From assembly GCF_009914755.1 (NCBI RefSeq), contig NC_060930.1: a stretch of DNA of 64,000 nucleotides. One strand, written 5' to 3'. Positions 1 through 16,382 of the stretch are shown in pieces. The stretch comes from the human T2T-CHM13v2.0 reference genome, Homo sapiens. The position numbers and the translations under genes were made by a program. Below the pieces are notes generated by a model, which made no database searches, was not told the origin of the DNA, and saw only the letters and a list, made by a program, of their open reading frames with translations. How positions within the stretch are numbered: position 1 is the stretch's first letter; every line of letters starts with the position of its first letter.

Positions 1-90
1 ATAAAATGAGTTTGGAAGTGCTCCTTCCTCTTTAAATTTTTGGGATAGTTTGAGAAGGGTTGTTGTTAATTCTTCCTTAAATTTTTGGTA
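1..90 (-). mobile_element. L1M ORF2 fragment
   Basis: ataaaatgagtttggaagtg…ttcctc…tttttgggatagtttgagaag…ttaattcttc: antisense L1 ORF2 signature. Confidence 0.75.
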
Positions 91-384
91 GCTATGTTTC
101 TGTTTTAAAGACTGTTGACACTTAGGATTGGCTTTTTGGTGTACTAAAGTCCTTGTAATCCTGATATGCTAAACCACATTACTTAGAAGACTGATTATAA
201 TATATTCTCTATAACCTACCAAGGTTGAGGAATGGGATTATCAAAATGTGTGGCTAATGGAAGCTATATGACTTAATAATATGAATAATCTCCCGATAAG
301 TAAGAGAACTAAATGCTTTTATTATAAAAACTGTAGCAGTATTTAGTCAGTACATTAATATCTGGCAACCCTTAAAGATGTACT

Positions 385-530
385 GTCACTTACTGGGTTG
401 CTCTTTGACCTTTGTCAATTCATTTAACCTTTTTGGGCCTAATTTTCTTCATCTATAAAATGGAAACAAAATCATTTCTCCTTCATAAAGGTGGTATTAA
501 GGAATATGTAAAACAGTAAATGTCAAAATA
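385..530 (+). mobile_element. MIR
   Basis: tttaacctttttgggcctaattttcttcatctataaaatgg core. Confidence 0.7.
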
Positions 531-1084
531 TCCTATACATATGTGAGATTATTTTTTATTATCTTGCTATGTTTGAAGTGTTAGAGTCACCGTTCATAGA
601 ATTTCAGATTAATAGAATCATAACAACAGGATTTATTTTAATTGAGATTTTAGGTTAGTGAGGAAAAGGTGGGATCATAAGCTAATAGACATCTATACAT
701 GAAATACTGTTTTCAAAAATGTAAGGTTTGCAAATAATTGATTTGGCTTAGAAAATCCACGTTGCTCAACCCATAATTACAAGTTTTCATTCATCTTGCT
801 TTAGAAGCCATCTTTCCACCACAGCATATTTCATGCTGTGTTTCTGGCAAAGTTTTCATGACTCAATTTGGAGACATAGATTTTCTTACTTGAAGATTCA
901 CACAGCCCATTAGTATTTTAAAGATTCTGAGAATCTTATGAAAGAAACCTGAAACGAATATTTCCCTAACTTACTTGACATGAAAAATCCTTTTAAAGAG
1001 AGCATCTGTTAACATTCTTTGGGTCAAATATCCCATACTACCTTAAGTTCATGAGCTCCGGGGGTGGACTGCCCTTGTTCAGAT

Positions 1085-1240
1085 CTCCATTGTGTGACCT
1101 TGGGATCATAACTCTCTAAACCTCAACACTCTCATCTGTAAAAGGGGGACAATGATATTTATCTCATAAGGTTGTTAAATAAGGTAATATATCTTTTAAT
1201 ACGTGTTGTTTAATGGGATAGTGTATGTAAATTATGAAAC
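1085..1240 (+). mobile_element. MIR
   Basis: tgtgtgaccttggg…ctcatctgtaaaaggggg. Confidence 0.7.
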
Positions 1241-1458
1241 AACATATTTTAAGATAGGTAAAACCCTGACTGTGGTGGGAATGGGAGGTGGGAGAAGGCT
1301 GGAATCACTCATGGGCTAGTGGTCCTTTCTGGCCTTTAACTCCCCAGTGAAGGTGACAGCTAGGCCTCTTCATAATCGAGTTTCCCCTTACTGTAAAACA
1401 TGGGTCCTTGTTCTACCCCAAGGCAGCCATATTCCCTCCTCTTCTTAGTATCTGAACT

Positions 1459-1768
1459 TAGGGTCACCTATTCAAATGTGCACATGGGCCAAGCAGGGGA
1501 TGCAAACATGTTAAGGGGCCCAGGGTGAAGGGCGGGGGAAGTGGTGTGGGCGTGGGCAGCAGGGCATTGCCAGCCTCTTCTCCTCGGGACCACGCTGTGG
1601 CCTCCTGGAAGCCCAAGGCCAATCTGCCTTGACTTTTATTTTTTAAAAAGATAAGTTAGAAATCTGGAAGGTGTTAACATTCCTGATTTTTCTGTAGACA
1701 AATTGTTCAGATTAAAACACAAAGCAGCACACTGTTTGGCCCATGAGCTGTTGGTTTTGCAGTGTCTG
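1459..1768 (-). mobile_element. hAT-Charlie MITE (MER102-like)
   Basis: agggtcac…ttcaaatg…gggccaagcaggg at one end; aagataagttagaaatctgga and tttggcccatgagctg…tttgcag at the other. Confidence 0.55.
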
Positions 1769-2494
1769 CATATAAAAGCAAAGTCCTAGGGACCTCTGCT
1801 AATGGGCTTCTGGTGGCTGCCCTCTCCCTCCCCTGCCAGCTTGCTCACCTTTTCGCTTTTCTTTGACCTCTGCCCTTTTCCCTTGCTAAGAAGAAAGAAA
1901 ACCCATGTCTTCTGTTCAACCAATGGGTTCCACTGGTTCTGCCTACTGGGCCTCTGTTTCCATCATAGGACTCTTTCTCCAAGTGCTTCCTAACCAGTAA
2001 TCACCGTTTATTTGATTGTCCACCAGGCTCCAGACTTGCTAGGTTCTTTCGCGTGCAGTTCTTTGTGGGGATCCAACTGCCTCATCTGTGATCCCCGGGC
2101 AACCTGGCATTACAGCCTTCAGTTCTGTTTTTCATCCTAAGGCCACGCCTGCCTGTCTTTCTACACCTTTGTCTATATTCACATCATCGCCATAGGCAAT
2201 CAGCTCTTTGGGGCCATTTTCGAGGAATTAATACTGTATGAGAGGGAGCCATTCCTAATAGTCTTTCTTGACAGTTTTAGGTTAGTCTTTACTATGTTGC
2301 TAATTCAGACTTAAAGAGACAACTGGCCCTCCATGTCCCAGCTCCACGGTGATGGGTGTGTTTCTCAGCTTCTCAAGGAACTGCATCTCTGATACCTTTA
2401 TAATCCCAAGGCCTGTCACACAGCCTGGTCCATAGGGAGGAGGTGGTAAAAAGCCAAGAGCTAGAGCCAGCTCCCCCCGTCCTAGGTCCCCCAA

Positions 2495-2650
2495 CCCCAG
2501 TTCGGCTGCTTCCTAACTTAACCCTGGGCAAATTTCTTAGCCTCACTGTGCCTCAGTCTCCTCAGCTGTGATGAGGGGTTGGTGTGAGGATTAACAGAAA
2601 GCCCCAAGACAGCACTTGGCAGGTAGCTAGAGCTGCATAAATATTGATCC
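2495..2650 (+). mobile_element. MIR
   Basis: ctgggcaaatttcttagcctcactgtgcctcagtctcctca. Confidence 0.7.
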
Positions 2651-3184
2651 TTAGTGGTAAAATTAGTATTCATGTGGCAGGATTGCAGTACATGCTTATC
2701 AGAGGACAGAGCTCAGAAAACTAGTTTGTCTTTGGCAGTAATCTTCTCTTGAACAATGTAAGAATCATCTTTTATTTTGAAGACAGCAAGAACCCTGCAG
2801 CTTCGCTTTGGCAGTACCATGTTTTTCAGAGCCTGCTCGATTTGTACACTGAGTGCGGCTACCTCTGCAGATGTGCTGTAATGCAGCAGGCTCACTGCAG
2901 TGATTCCTTAAGTGTTAGACGAAGCACATTGCAACCTGCCATATCTGGGAACACCAGTGGTATCCTGCTAAGAGTCTGGTTGCTGAGATTGGACAGAGAT
3001 AAGCAGCAAAATGCTTTATGAAAATAAGTGCTGAATATATAACCTTTTGGTAAATCATTTCCAAGTAGATATTTTATTTTTCTCTATTTTATGGATAAGT
3101 ATGTGTCAACTAGCTGTTTGTGCATAGATACAGAGCACATTAAAAAATTGAATATTCCATACATATAAATGAGCTGCTATATCC

Positions 3185-3420
3185 TAGTGATTAGAAGCAT
3201 AAACTTGGATGCCAAGCAGAGAGCGTTTCCATCCGCAGCCCCACCCTGCATAGCTATGAGACTGCACAGTCACTTAACTGCAAGTTACGGTTTCTCCATC
3301 TATAAATTGGGAAACCAATATAGTACTTCACTCCTAAGGTGGTTTTTGAAGATTAAATATCAAAATGTATGTAAGGTTCTCAGTTCAGTACCTGACATAC
3401 TCTAAGTGCTCAGTAATGTT
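3185..3420 (+). mobile_element. MIR
   Basis: gtcacttaac…tttctccatctataaattggg…gattaaat…taagtgctcagtaa. Confidence 0.7.
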
Positions 3421-5377
3421 AGATAATGTATTTAAAGTTGGTGGTGCTACTGGACTGGATCTCAGTGCAGGCAAATGTGATAGTGAAGAATGATGCATAG
3501 ATGACCAGTGGCCTTTTATAGAGCGAGATAAACACATTGCATGAGGCTGGTAGCAGTGTTTCCCCATGCACCGTATGTGTCCAAGTTCTCTGTGGAGCTT
3601 TCAGAGGAGACTGATGCCCAGCACTATTCCTGGAGATGTAGATTCACTTGCATAGAGTCTCAGGCACCCAGCCAGCCCGGTTGAGAGCCCTTCAGCTCTG
3701 GCACAGTGCTCCACAGTTACTGAGGTCATAGCTACCAGCTGTACCTTGGTGTCGTCTAGCACAGAGGTGTTCGTTGTTTGATGAGGGACAGGCTGGGAAT
3801 GTGAGCATTCATTCAGATCCATCCCCATCTCTGAGAAAAATATTCCCAGCATAGCATCTGTTGATGTGGATTTGAGTAGGAAATGGGCCTCATGCACTAT
3901 TCACATTCATCTTTTACCCCTCAATCCCATATGTGCAGTCCTCATCCCAGTAGACTTTATATTAGTCAGTGGAAGTACAGCTTTGTACATTGTACTGAAG
4001 CTGGCCAGCACTTTAATTTTTTGAGGGAAGAGATATTTTGCTCCATTTTTGCATTTGGCCTATCATGTCTTATGTTATAAACATTTTTAGGCCTTTCCCT
4101 TTCTCTAAATTTCAAACTCCTCTTGAAGAATACCTACATCTTACTTATTTTAAATTTCCTAACAGCTCATTGCTTTGCACATTGTAAGCTTAGAGTGAAA
4201 TTCCTGGAAAATGAATTAACCATGAGAAATTACTAAGCAGTCATGGAGATGAGCTGTGAAAATGTATTCTGGTGATATGGTGTAAATTATGCATATCAAT
4301 CACATATAAAAAACACACAGATCAAAGAAAATAAGTATAAGTGCAACATTACACTTTCACAATCAACCCAGACTTCTGTTTATTGGACCTTTGGGGATGG
4401 ATGAGGGAATCTTTTGGTGTTAATGCCATTGAATCTTAGATAAGAAAACCCTACCATTTCATCTTTTTTGACAAAGTTATAAATTAATTTCCTGGAACTT
4501 AGAGAAAAGAATACCATACTTAAATGAAGTTTAGGTGTCTGAAAGTCACACTAAGGCCAAGTAACAGCAGGAACAAGGGAAAACACTAGAACCGAGTGGT
4601 CCAAGACAAGGTGGTCAGCTTTCTGTATTTGAGAGTTGATTGAATATGAGAAGAAATCTTACGTCCCCTCCGCAACTTACATCAGCTTCTCTGAGCACAG
4701 CTGTGACCACTCTGTTGGATTCTGTGGGGAAGATCACAGAAACACAAGACGTGACTTCTGCTCTCACGAGGTTTGCCTCTGGCCTGAACGCCTCCTCGAG
4801 ATATGGGCGATCCAGGTGCCTGCTGGCATGTCCACTCGGATGACCTGTTGTGTTTCACATTCGACATAAAACTCATTCATCTATACCATGGCATGTGGAG
4901 CTTGAAGGAACCTCAGCTTTATCTCCCAGGGTTTGCTGATGGAAATGCTGACCCATTTCTTCTCGCCCCGAGGATCCTTTCCCTTCCCACTCCTGCCATT
5001 ATACAATCATCAACTCACATAGCCCCTCACTCTGTGATCCTCCCAACAGATCATGATTGCGCTTTGGATTCCCATAGTACTGTGTTTGTACTTCATTCCT
5101 TAAATTAGTGTAACCAATGTTTAAATTAAATATTTAAATTAATTTAACCCATACTTACTTCCCCATCACTTTGTAAATTTCTTGTGGAAAAAGAGTATCT
5201 TACTAATCTTGTGTGCCTTTCATGTTTCTTCGCACATAGCTTTCTATACATATTTGTTGAATTAATGAGTCAAGAGAAAAGGAAGACTGTCTAAGATGGG
5301 TCGATTGATGCCAAAGTGTTTGCAGACAATACATTTTGTAGATGCTCATATTTTTATATGGCTGCTCTAGCCTTTTA

Positions 5378-5758
<381 letters not shown>

Positions 5759-8700
5759 TTAAGAGACACAGCCTCTACTATCACTTGTAATATTTTAAAT
5801 CCCTTGAAAACAGTGGTGTGATCTTACAGTAGAAAATTCACCAACCTGCCAACCCTGAAATAGACTGAGCCTCTACCCCAGACTCTTTCTTTGTTTATTG
5901 GATTTATCTAGTGCCTTTGCTTTAGAGCTGAGAGGACATATGCTAGGCACCTGGAGAGATCCCGTATTTCAAAACAACCGATAGCCAGTAAGAATGGGGA
6001 AGGCAGCAGACGCCGTCTCTGATGTTGATATACCCTGCTTTGTCTCCCCTCGCTTTCCCTTAGCAAAGAAATGTTTCATATTCGCAGCACAGTCAGTACT
6101 CCTTGCCTGCCACGAGGCCCAGAGCGAGAAAAGCCCAGAAAGGAGGACCTAGCAGGTACCCAGGCCTCTTGAAGTCACAGCTGGTGGCATGAGGGACCAA
6201 CCATCCATCACACTGGGCCACACAGCGCCTGGTCACAACCTGCTTGCAGCCCAGCCTCTTAAGGCGATCGGCGCTTCTTCTCTCTCTGCCTCATCTCACA
6301 AATCTTCCCTCTGGCCCTCACCCTCCTCCCATCTCTGCTTTCTGCCTTATCTCCTTGTCACAGTACTAGAAAGGGTGAGCCGACCAAAGCCGTCCTGAGC
6401 AATGCCGTGCTTCTGGTTCATTAGCAGCACACAGAACAAGTGAGGAGGGGTGGACAGAACAGACAGGATCCTGCCGACCGTGAGTGAGTAACAGGCGTAT
6501 CCATGCAAGGTTTTCCAGCTCACGCAAAGCCGTGTCTCTTGGAAGGTTACCCCTATGGCTCCTCCATGAAGGAACTGCACCTCCCGCCCCCACCGGCCTC
6601 TGCTGGTGCCTTTCCAAACACAGAGGTGCACGGCCGTACCCAGTAAACAGTTATCTTCACAGTGCAGGGGCAAAGTGATACCTGTAAGAGAAGGTGCAGC
6701 AAGAGAACATGTTGCAGAGAAACACCTCCAACTGAAATGATGAGCCAGTGGGTGTCTTTTTATGCCCATCGTCTTCCACCTCCCTCTCCACAAAAATAAA
6801 TAAATTAAAGAAATTCAGCACCTGTGGACAACTCTGCCAAAAGGAAGTTACCTCCTGTGTGGTTTGTCACATTCAGGTTCTTCACACTTTCCGTGGGAAC
6901 AAAGGCTGTCTCCATATTACCTGTCAAGTAAGGACAATGGTGAGGCTCCGCAAACCACTTTGAATCCTTGGGTTATTTGGGGAGGAAGTTATTGAAAAAA
7001 ATAGCCCATAGGAAAATGTTTCATTCGATTTTATTCAGGCTCAGGCGAATTTTTTATGGCATTTCGGGGCAGTGGAGAAGCCATGGGGACAGGAAGATGG
7101 TCGGAGAGTCCTGTGCCAGTCAGAATGTAGGGCTGTATTTTCTGGCTCATTGCTATTGTTCAAACACAATTAATGATGGCCCCACAGGGTAGCAGGTGGC
7201 TGAACACACAGCAGCTAAATCCCTGGCTAAGGGTCTGTGGAAGGAGTGTTTCCACGTGGCAGGCATGGGGACAGGCACCTCCAGTCCTGTTCCATACTCC
7301 TTCACCCTTCCTGACATTGATTCCCAGGTCCCTCACCTAGTTGGGAGTTCTCTTCTGACATCGCTGAGTATTTTTTGGGTGAAAGGGAAAGAAACTTGAG
7401 GGCATGTAGGCCTAGGATCTTTTCTTTGCAGGGATGGGGACCCTTCAGTGTAGGGCATAGTACTTGGAGAGTGTTTTCTTGTTGAGTATCACAAGAGGAG
7501 AGGGAGCTGGTACCTTTGAAGTTCCCCTCGATGAGCAGAGGATTCGTGCCTGAAGCACCTTTGTCATTCCCTGAGCAACTTATCAACACCCTTGTTCCTT
7601 CAGTTCTTTGTTTAAATTTATGTTGTGAATTGGTTTTTCTGTGTTTTCTTTCTGTACTTTATTAGAATCTGGTGCGATAACAGGGATAAAGACCACAGAC
7701 TTCTTGATAAATTTGTTTCTCCCTTCCTTCTTTGCCGCATCAGTGAGGTCGAGGCAGGAGACAGAAACCATGCCATTTGTTTGGTTTTTAATACAGAGAA
7801 TTTAAACTAAAGAAATGTTAGCCTTTGAGGGAGGTAATTAAGAAGTCAAGAGGAGAACGTGGAGGTTATCATGGAGGTAGATGGCAGAAAGCAGCTCCCC
7901 ACCCTGGGGCTGAGGGAACAATCGAAGAGGCTGGAATTAATGAAACTTAAAACCTCAGTGGAGGGTCCTTCAGAGCTAAGGCCCAGACCCCTGAAGAGGA
8001 GGACAAGCCAAGCAGGTGTCTCTGAGCTCAGAGGAGGGACCCGTGGGGCTGGGACCCACCTCCAAGGACAGGGGCTGTGCTGGCATCTCTGAGGAGGGGT
8101 TCGATGAGGCCGATGCTGTGATGTTGGGAAAACTGTGATGTGAATGAAGCCTCTGCTCCTGGTTGCCAGTGTATAGGAGCCGTGTTGCTGAGCCCCTGAC
8201 AGGAATAGAAAGCTGGCAGAATGGAGCCAGCCCTTTCTCCTCTGTCCGGCCGGCAGCCTTCCTCCAGGGCCAACTGGAGGATCCTCCTGGGGAGCTGCTG
8301 GCCTAGCTGAAGGGCAGTTTGCAGAGTCCAACCCAGTCTCCCACCGTAGAGTGCAGGAAGGGGGTTTGGAGCTGAGAGGGCACAGCTTAATTACTGCTTT
8401 ATTAGCCCAAGAGCAAAGCCGAAGGTCCTTTCTGTCTTGTAGCTTTGAGCCCTGCACTTTTTCTTCTTGTTTCTTCCTCTCTAGCTCTGAGTTTGACCCT
8501 TTAGCTCTTCAGAGAAAAAGTCTAAAAGACCCTCAGCATTTCCAAGTGTCCATTTTATAATCCCTTCATACCTTGTGCCTAGGAGGTCTACCCCTTAATC
8601 CTTTGATGTGTACCTAAGGGGAAATGACGCCTCAGCTGAACCGCCAATCATGTGCTCTTTCTGATAGGTTTTCGCTTCTGTCGGCATTCTCTGATGGCCC

Positions 8701-11394
8701 TTCTCCCCATTTCCTGTGTCCCTGGTACCACAGCCAGATCAAGGCTGGTGAAACCAGAAATCATGAAAGAGAGCCACAGACTTTCTCATTCAAGTCCGCA
8801 AATGTTGGTTATTTCCACTGTGCGCCAGGCACTATGGTTAATAGAACGAGGGAGAAAATGTGATCCCTGCCCCTAACACTTGCCACCAAGTGACACAAAC
8901 AGAAATGTAAACTCTTCCCCAGGTTACAGACTGGGATGGTCATTGCCACAGCTTGAGGAGGTGGGAGAAGCAGATGGATCTGAACTAAATTGTGGTTGGC
9001 CATGAATGGAAGAGCAGTAAAATAGTAAACATGTATATGTTTACGATACGCTTACCGACGCTGACACCTTTAATCCCCACTGGCAACACCATGACAGACG
9101 ACTGGAATCATCCCTCTTTTTGTAGATGGGAGATTGGGCGATTGAGGAAACGCCCAAGGTCACAAAAACTAGCAAGTAGCAGAGCTGAGTTGTAGCGGCT
9201 GAGTGACCTCCCCCTTAGACCTCATTTGAAGATGAGATAAAGTAACAGTGCCTGGCAAGAGAAAGGGGGTAGTTAATTATACCTTACCTAGTATGGAGTT
9301 TTGTAATTTATAAGGGTTTTAAATATGTTACCCCATTTAATTTTCATAATAATTCAATGAGGTAAGGATATTAGTCTTATTCTGTAGGAGTCTACTGAAG
9401 CTAAAATAGGAATAGAGATGGTCCCTAAGAGATAGGAGAGGTGCCGCCACCGTTATACATTCAGCATATTCAGGGAGGCCGTCAGGAAGAGGAGATGCTT
9501 TGTTGGTGTGCTGTGATTGATGGCTGAACAGGAGATTTGGGAGTCACACGCACCTCTGCTTTGATCCCAGCTCTCCTCTCGCTCATTAACCGTGCACCCC
9601 TGAGTGCAGTTGCTTCTGCACCCCCTTTCCCCGTCCACAAAATCTGGACAACACCATCTGCCTTGCTCCATTGTGAGAATGGGTAAGTGAAAGTTGAAAA
9701 CCTTTTTGTCATATGTAGGTACCAGCATATGTGATAGTTTTTGGAGAAAGAAGACATCCCTAAATTTGGTTTCCTGACTAGTGCTGTGTATGGAACCATT
9801 ATTCATTTTGCATAAGGGAAATTAATCATTAAAGGGCTTGGAATTTTAGCTCTTAATTGATGATTTTGCTTGTTCATAGCCTCAGCGACATTGCATAGGA
9901 TTTATTTGATGGAACACTAAAAAGCTACTTTTCCAGATTCCAAATAGTTAATATTCTTAAACCAGCAAGAAGCCCACGGTCATTTTGAGAAACAGGAATA
10001 GTGATTTGGGTGGAGGTGAGATGTGAGATACCCTGCAAGTCGGATGTGAATGCCCCTGCCAGGTTCTCTTCTGGCCTCTAGTAACCAGTGGAATCCAAAA
10101 TTTGGGTTGCACTTGGTCTTTTCAGTTTACAATGTAGGAAGGACAAACTCACTTATAATCTTTGTTAGGTTTCCCCTGCCTAACTTGGTTAAATCCAGCA
10201 TGTCTCAGAGGTACTTGACAATGGCCCAGGGTTTTCACAGTCCCCCTCGTGACACCCTGTGGGATAGTTTTGGTCAGGTGACAATGTGTGAGGTGCTGAG
10301 CACCCGCTTTTGCAGATGAGGAAACCTGGATGCAGAAAGCTGGCAGTTTGTGCCTGGTCAGGGAGAAGAAGGCCTGGCGCTGGCACTGCTGCCCTGGACG
10401 GAAAGCAGCTGCTCCAGAAAGCACTCAGTACCTTCTTCTTCTCCCTACTAAGTTTGGCATTTGACCCAACAGATGGCCAAAAACTTGTAAATATTCACCC
10501 ATGTTTTGTTATTTGAATGGACTGATCTTACTGAGACTTTTGCTTGCTGGATGGAAGGTGTGGCTGTCTTTGGGAAGGGGAGAGTGACCTGACCCCTTGA
10601 GGACTTTGGGCCATGTTTGCCAAGACAGCTGGGTCTGCTTCTGCTCCTGGTGCACAGTGCCACATTTTGCACTTGACACCTCTAAAATTCCCTTTCCCCT
10701 CTGGCCTATGAGCTCTTGGGAAGCAGGGAGGAAGTCTGAGTGGCTGAAGCAGCCATTGCAGGCAAGACACAGAGCGGCGCCTGATGTTCTTTTCTCTGGT
10801 CTGATGTTTGAGTTCTGCAGGCCACCGCCTGAGCTCAGAGCCGGCCATTTCTCCAGCAGCACTCCAAACTCACAGCACTCTGCTAACCAAGGCATTGCAG
10901 GGACCCGCTGTGAACTTTGGCGTAGGCTTTGTTGGACTCATTTGAATTTGGCCCAAAAGAAAATAACATTTCACATTTCTCCCTAACGTGGAGAAATTGA
11001 ACTCATTGTCTTTTTTGTTGAAGTCTACTCTAATATTAACAGGTGGAATTTTATTTTAAATATAGAAAAGCCAATTTTTAAAAACATACAAATGCATAAA
11101 CCGTAGCCAATATTTCCTTCCATTACATAATTTCTCTAGCTAATGACTAACATTGATATCCTTTTTCCTTTAATTTTCTTTTTTATCTAGTACTTGATAT
11201 TTAGAAAATATATGCTCTGTTGAAATTATGCAGCATAATAATACAGTAGCTACCCATGAAGCCGCCACCGGACCTGTGATCAATCTCACCAGTCCCTTGG
11301 GTCACCAAGAGTTTTCTTCCCCATCCTGTCTCCCTGCCACCCCTTTCCTTGCCCAGAGCAACTATGATGTTTTCTCTTAAAAATTTAGGTGAAA

Positions 11395-11724
<330 letters not shown>

Positions 11725-12869
11725 GTGGTCATGTTTAGCTTTTTTGTCTTCTCTCCATTTCTACCCTGTAATTGAGAGTTGATGTTAGACTATTTTCTGG
11801 AAGTATCAATCAATAAATGTTTTCAGAAGTAATCAACTCAGCATAACCACTTTCCCTGGGTATTTCTGTCACCAAAAGGGGTACAAAACAATGCTTCCAA
11901 CACAGGCATAAGGTGAATGTCTACTGGGGGGCTGGGGTCACTGCAGAGAAAAAACAGAAACAGTGTTAATTCTTTAGCACTATGGAGGTCAGGAAGAAAT
12001 CGAAAACATGTAGTATCAAAGCATCTGGCCCCAAAGGACCACTAGACCAGGACATGGGGGTAGGGGTAGGGTGAGGAAGAAAGGAGGAAGGTCAGATTCA
12101 AGGGGGTCCAGTCTGTAAAAGGCCTTCCTTCTGTGAGATTTGGATGTTTGACATTTGCTCCAATTTTGAACAAGCCACTGGAAATCACGTCTTAAGTTCT
12201 TTGGGTTCATTTCAATTTGCTCCTTTTCCTCTGTACACTGGAACAGTCAGAAGGCCAGCTTTGTGTGGATTCAGGCAAATTCAAGTGACTTCGCTAGCTG
12301 GGCCTCAGTTTTACCTTGCAGCATATAGAGTCCCTATCAGAATGGGGGCCTTGCAGAGACTGAGATGATGTGAAATTAACAAGAAACTGTGAGCCAGCTC
12401 TGAGAGTTCATCCTCTAAGTATATTTGAGGTTAAATTCAAGGTTAGGGGTTCGCAGACCTAGCTTCTCATTATGTGTGTTTTCACCTAGCATCTCCACTC
12501 ATTTTAAATGAGGCAGATGGAAGGCTTATATCTGTCTCACAGTAAGCATGATTAACTGGGAGAAATTATAACCAAAACCATACGTGAGTTCACTTAAAGT
12601 ACATGATGGCACAAGACCATGACGATACAGAAAAGAAATGCTATGGAAGATCTACACAGATGGGCAAACCTCCTGCAAATATTTTACGTCTGAGAGGAAA
12701 AATAGAGTGTGACGGTAATGCCGCCTCCAGAAAGACTAGTTATTTAACCGAAAAAAATGAACGTAAAAGATTAAGTGTTTGGTAAGTTCTGAAGATGAGA
12801 TAGAGACAGAATAGAAAAGAGAAGTTCTCTGTATTTCTTCTGTCAATATATTTATTCATTTTTTGTTTT

Positions 12870-13010
12870 CATGAAAACGTTTGCAAGATTAATTTACCTG
12901 CTATACAATTCACCCATTTAAGGTCTGTAATTCAGTGGTGTTTTTTAGTATATTCACAGATATGTGATCTCCACAGTCAATTTTAGAACATTTTCATCAC
13001 CCCAGAAGAT
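12870..13010 (-). mobile_element. L1MB 3'-end fragment
   Basis: atacaattcacccatttaag…attcagtgg…tagtatattcacaga…aattttagaacattttcatcacccca. Confidence 0.8.
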
Positions 13011-14151
13011 ACTGTACTTTTGGCATTTTTATTCTGTATAAAATACCTGGCCAGATGTTCAAAGGCAGTGAAATATTATGAACTCTGGGCTGAGGCCGCC
13101 ACCTCCTCTGCAAGCCCTTCCTTAACCAGAGGCACATGTGATATTTTATTTAACAAAGATTTCTCAGGCTTGCTTCTTTTTTTTTTTTTGTGAAAAAGCA
13201 TTAAGTTCAGGCAGGGGCATTGAAACCTTGCTTCAGACCCTAAGTCCCCATGAAGATTTTGGAGCCACATGCAATGCAAATGGGCTCTTACTCCCCTGTC
13301 TAACTAAAGTAGCACACTGTAGCTCCATTTTCCAAATACATGATCTGTTTAAGTAAAGCATTCTAGAGCTGTAAGGCAAATATGAAAGGATTCAAAAAGA
13401 CTTGAAAATCCATTTCTGTCCTCAAGGAATTCACTAGATAGTTGGGGGACCATGATATTGAAACATCAAAAGTTAATTGAATACAAGGTTACCAGAATGA
13501 TTGTTCCATATGATTTCATTATGGAAATACTTACAGAAATTCTGTCAAAAGTTAGGTACAAATATGGGAAACATTACAATTTAGAGGGATGTTTAGAACT
13601 TGATGAGTCTCGTGTGGTTTCTTAATGAAGTAACAGAACAAAAGTTGCCTGAGTAGGAACTGTGCCTAACTCTGGCCAACACAGTATGCTCCTGGTACTC
13701 AGTGAAAGTAAGAATAAAAACAAAAATTGGAACAAAGTGAGAAAATCTGTAAATATCAAAGCAGCATGAAATCATAAGTTAAAACAACCTGAATTCATAA
13801 AGTACCAAACTCACCAGCCAAATTTGATAAGCAGTTTTTATTACAAAATGAATAGATGGAATTAAAAGTAAGGGCCATCAAACATTTCGATGGAAAACAA
13901 AGTAACTGATAGTGCATGCTATTTTTTATAGGTAAAGCTGATTTTTAAGTGAATTTAGATAAGAACACGATCGCATGGGCTATAAACAGACTGGAAGTGC
14001 TTATGACTCAAGATAATTAATCTAAAAGCTAAATTAATCATTCGAAAAGGAAATGTCATGGAAGGCACCATAGGGATAAATGTTGGATTTGGTGTTATTT
14101 ACATAATTGTTAATTAGGCTGAATAGACTACTTCTGGAAACAGTAGTAGAA

Positions 14152-14496
14152 ACTTGGACTAAATGTTTGTGTCCCTCCCAAATTCGTACTTTGAGATCCA
14201 ACCACTAGGGTATTAGGAAGTGGAGCTTTAGAGGGGTAATTAGTTCATGAGGGTAGATCTCTCAGGAATGGGATTAGTGCCATTAGAGGAAGAGACAGCA
14301 GAACTTGCAGCTCTCTCTTTCTCTCCCCCTGCCATGTGAAGATTCAGCAAGAAAGCCGCCATCTCTAAACCAGGAAGAGGGCCTTCAAGCACCCAACCAT
14401 GCTGGCACCCTGTGGCCTCCAGAACAGTGAGAAGTAAATGTTTGTTGTTCAAGCCACCGAGTCTGTGGTATTTTTGTTACAGCAGCCCAAGCTACA
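14152..14496 (+). mobile_element. MaLR solo LTR (MLT1A-like)
   Basis: aatgtttgtgtccctcccaaattc…gggattagtgcc…cctccagaacagtgagaagtaaatgtttgttgttcaagccac. Confidence 0.85.
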
Positions 14497-14529
14497 TCAG
14501 AGCCCTTAGTTTTAAATGGGAGGCCTTGG

Positions 14530-15100
<571 letters not shown>

Positions 15101-15657
15101 CCATTGGTAATCATATAATCACAATCAAAATCAGGGGACGTGTGCTCTGATCTAGAAAGAGAACAAGTGCCATAAAAGCTGCAAAGTGGTCCTTTAACTA
15201 AACGTGGCCATGGTTAGAAGCTGACTCAAAGTCACCTTGACAATGCCATAACTGTGGAGAACTTGTGGAGAAAACAGAGACCCTCTCCTGTTTGACATGC
15301 ATTCCAAATAATTTCTGAGCTGAGAAAGAAAACCAAAAAACACAGTAACTTAGCCTAAAGGGAAGGAAACCAGAGAATGACTTAATAATGATTGACTAGC
15401 CTGGAAAAATTTGCAAGTGGAGAATGATAGTGCTACCCTGTTTCAGTAACATTAAAAAGGAGAAGAGTTTTAAGGTAAGGGGAATATTTTGATGCAGAAA
15501 GAAACTTTACTGAAATAAGGGTGCTGCAGTACTGGGTTGAATTAACAACTGACAATGCTTTCTTGAGAATTATTAGCTTTCTTGAGAATGTTTATGAACA
15601 GATTCATGGGAGCTGAAGAATTTTTATTCAGTCATGGAACGATAAAAGGAAACCTCC

Positions 15658-15977
<320 letters not shown>

Positions 15978-16382
15978 TTAACCTTGGAAGGTGCATGGAG
16001 ACATTTATATTTCATATACGGGGGCTAGGCCCGGAGCAGGGGCCAGTTAGGATGGGGTAGCATTGTTAAACCAGAATCCCACTTTTTACCCCTCCCCTCC
16101 TCAGTCCCTTTTGGCACGCTTATAATTTATAACCGGGTCATGGACAACCGTCAAACTTGTGTATCTGTTGAACTCTCCAAATCAGTGTTTTGTCTAGAAC
16201 ACTATGACGTCTGGGCTTTGTGAATATTATTTCATGTCATCTTCACCACAGTATGCTGTCTCCATTTTATAGATGAAGAAACTGAGGCATATTGGCCTCA
16301 GTCATGTGTCAAGCCCACGGCACACCAGTCAGGGCCAAGGCCTGACCGATTTCGGCTGGTAAAGATACAAGGGGCCACTCTG

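Noticed and set aside
7846-8457. 203-aa minus-strand ORF
   Set aside because: Starts at a non-ATG codon, has P/S/R-rich random composition in a GC-rich stretch, and no homology recognised.
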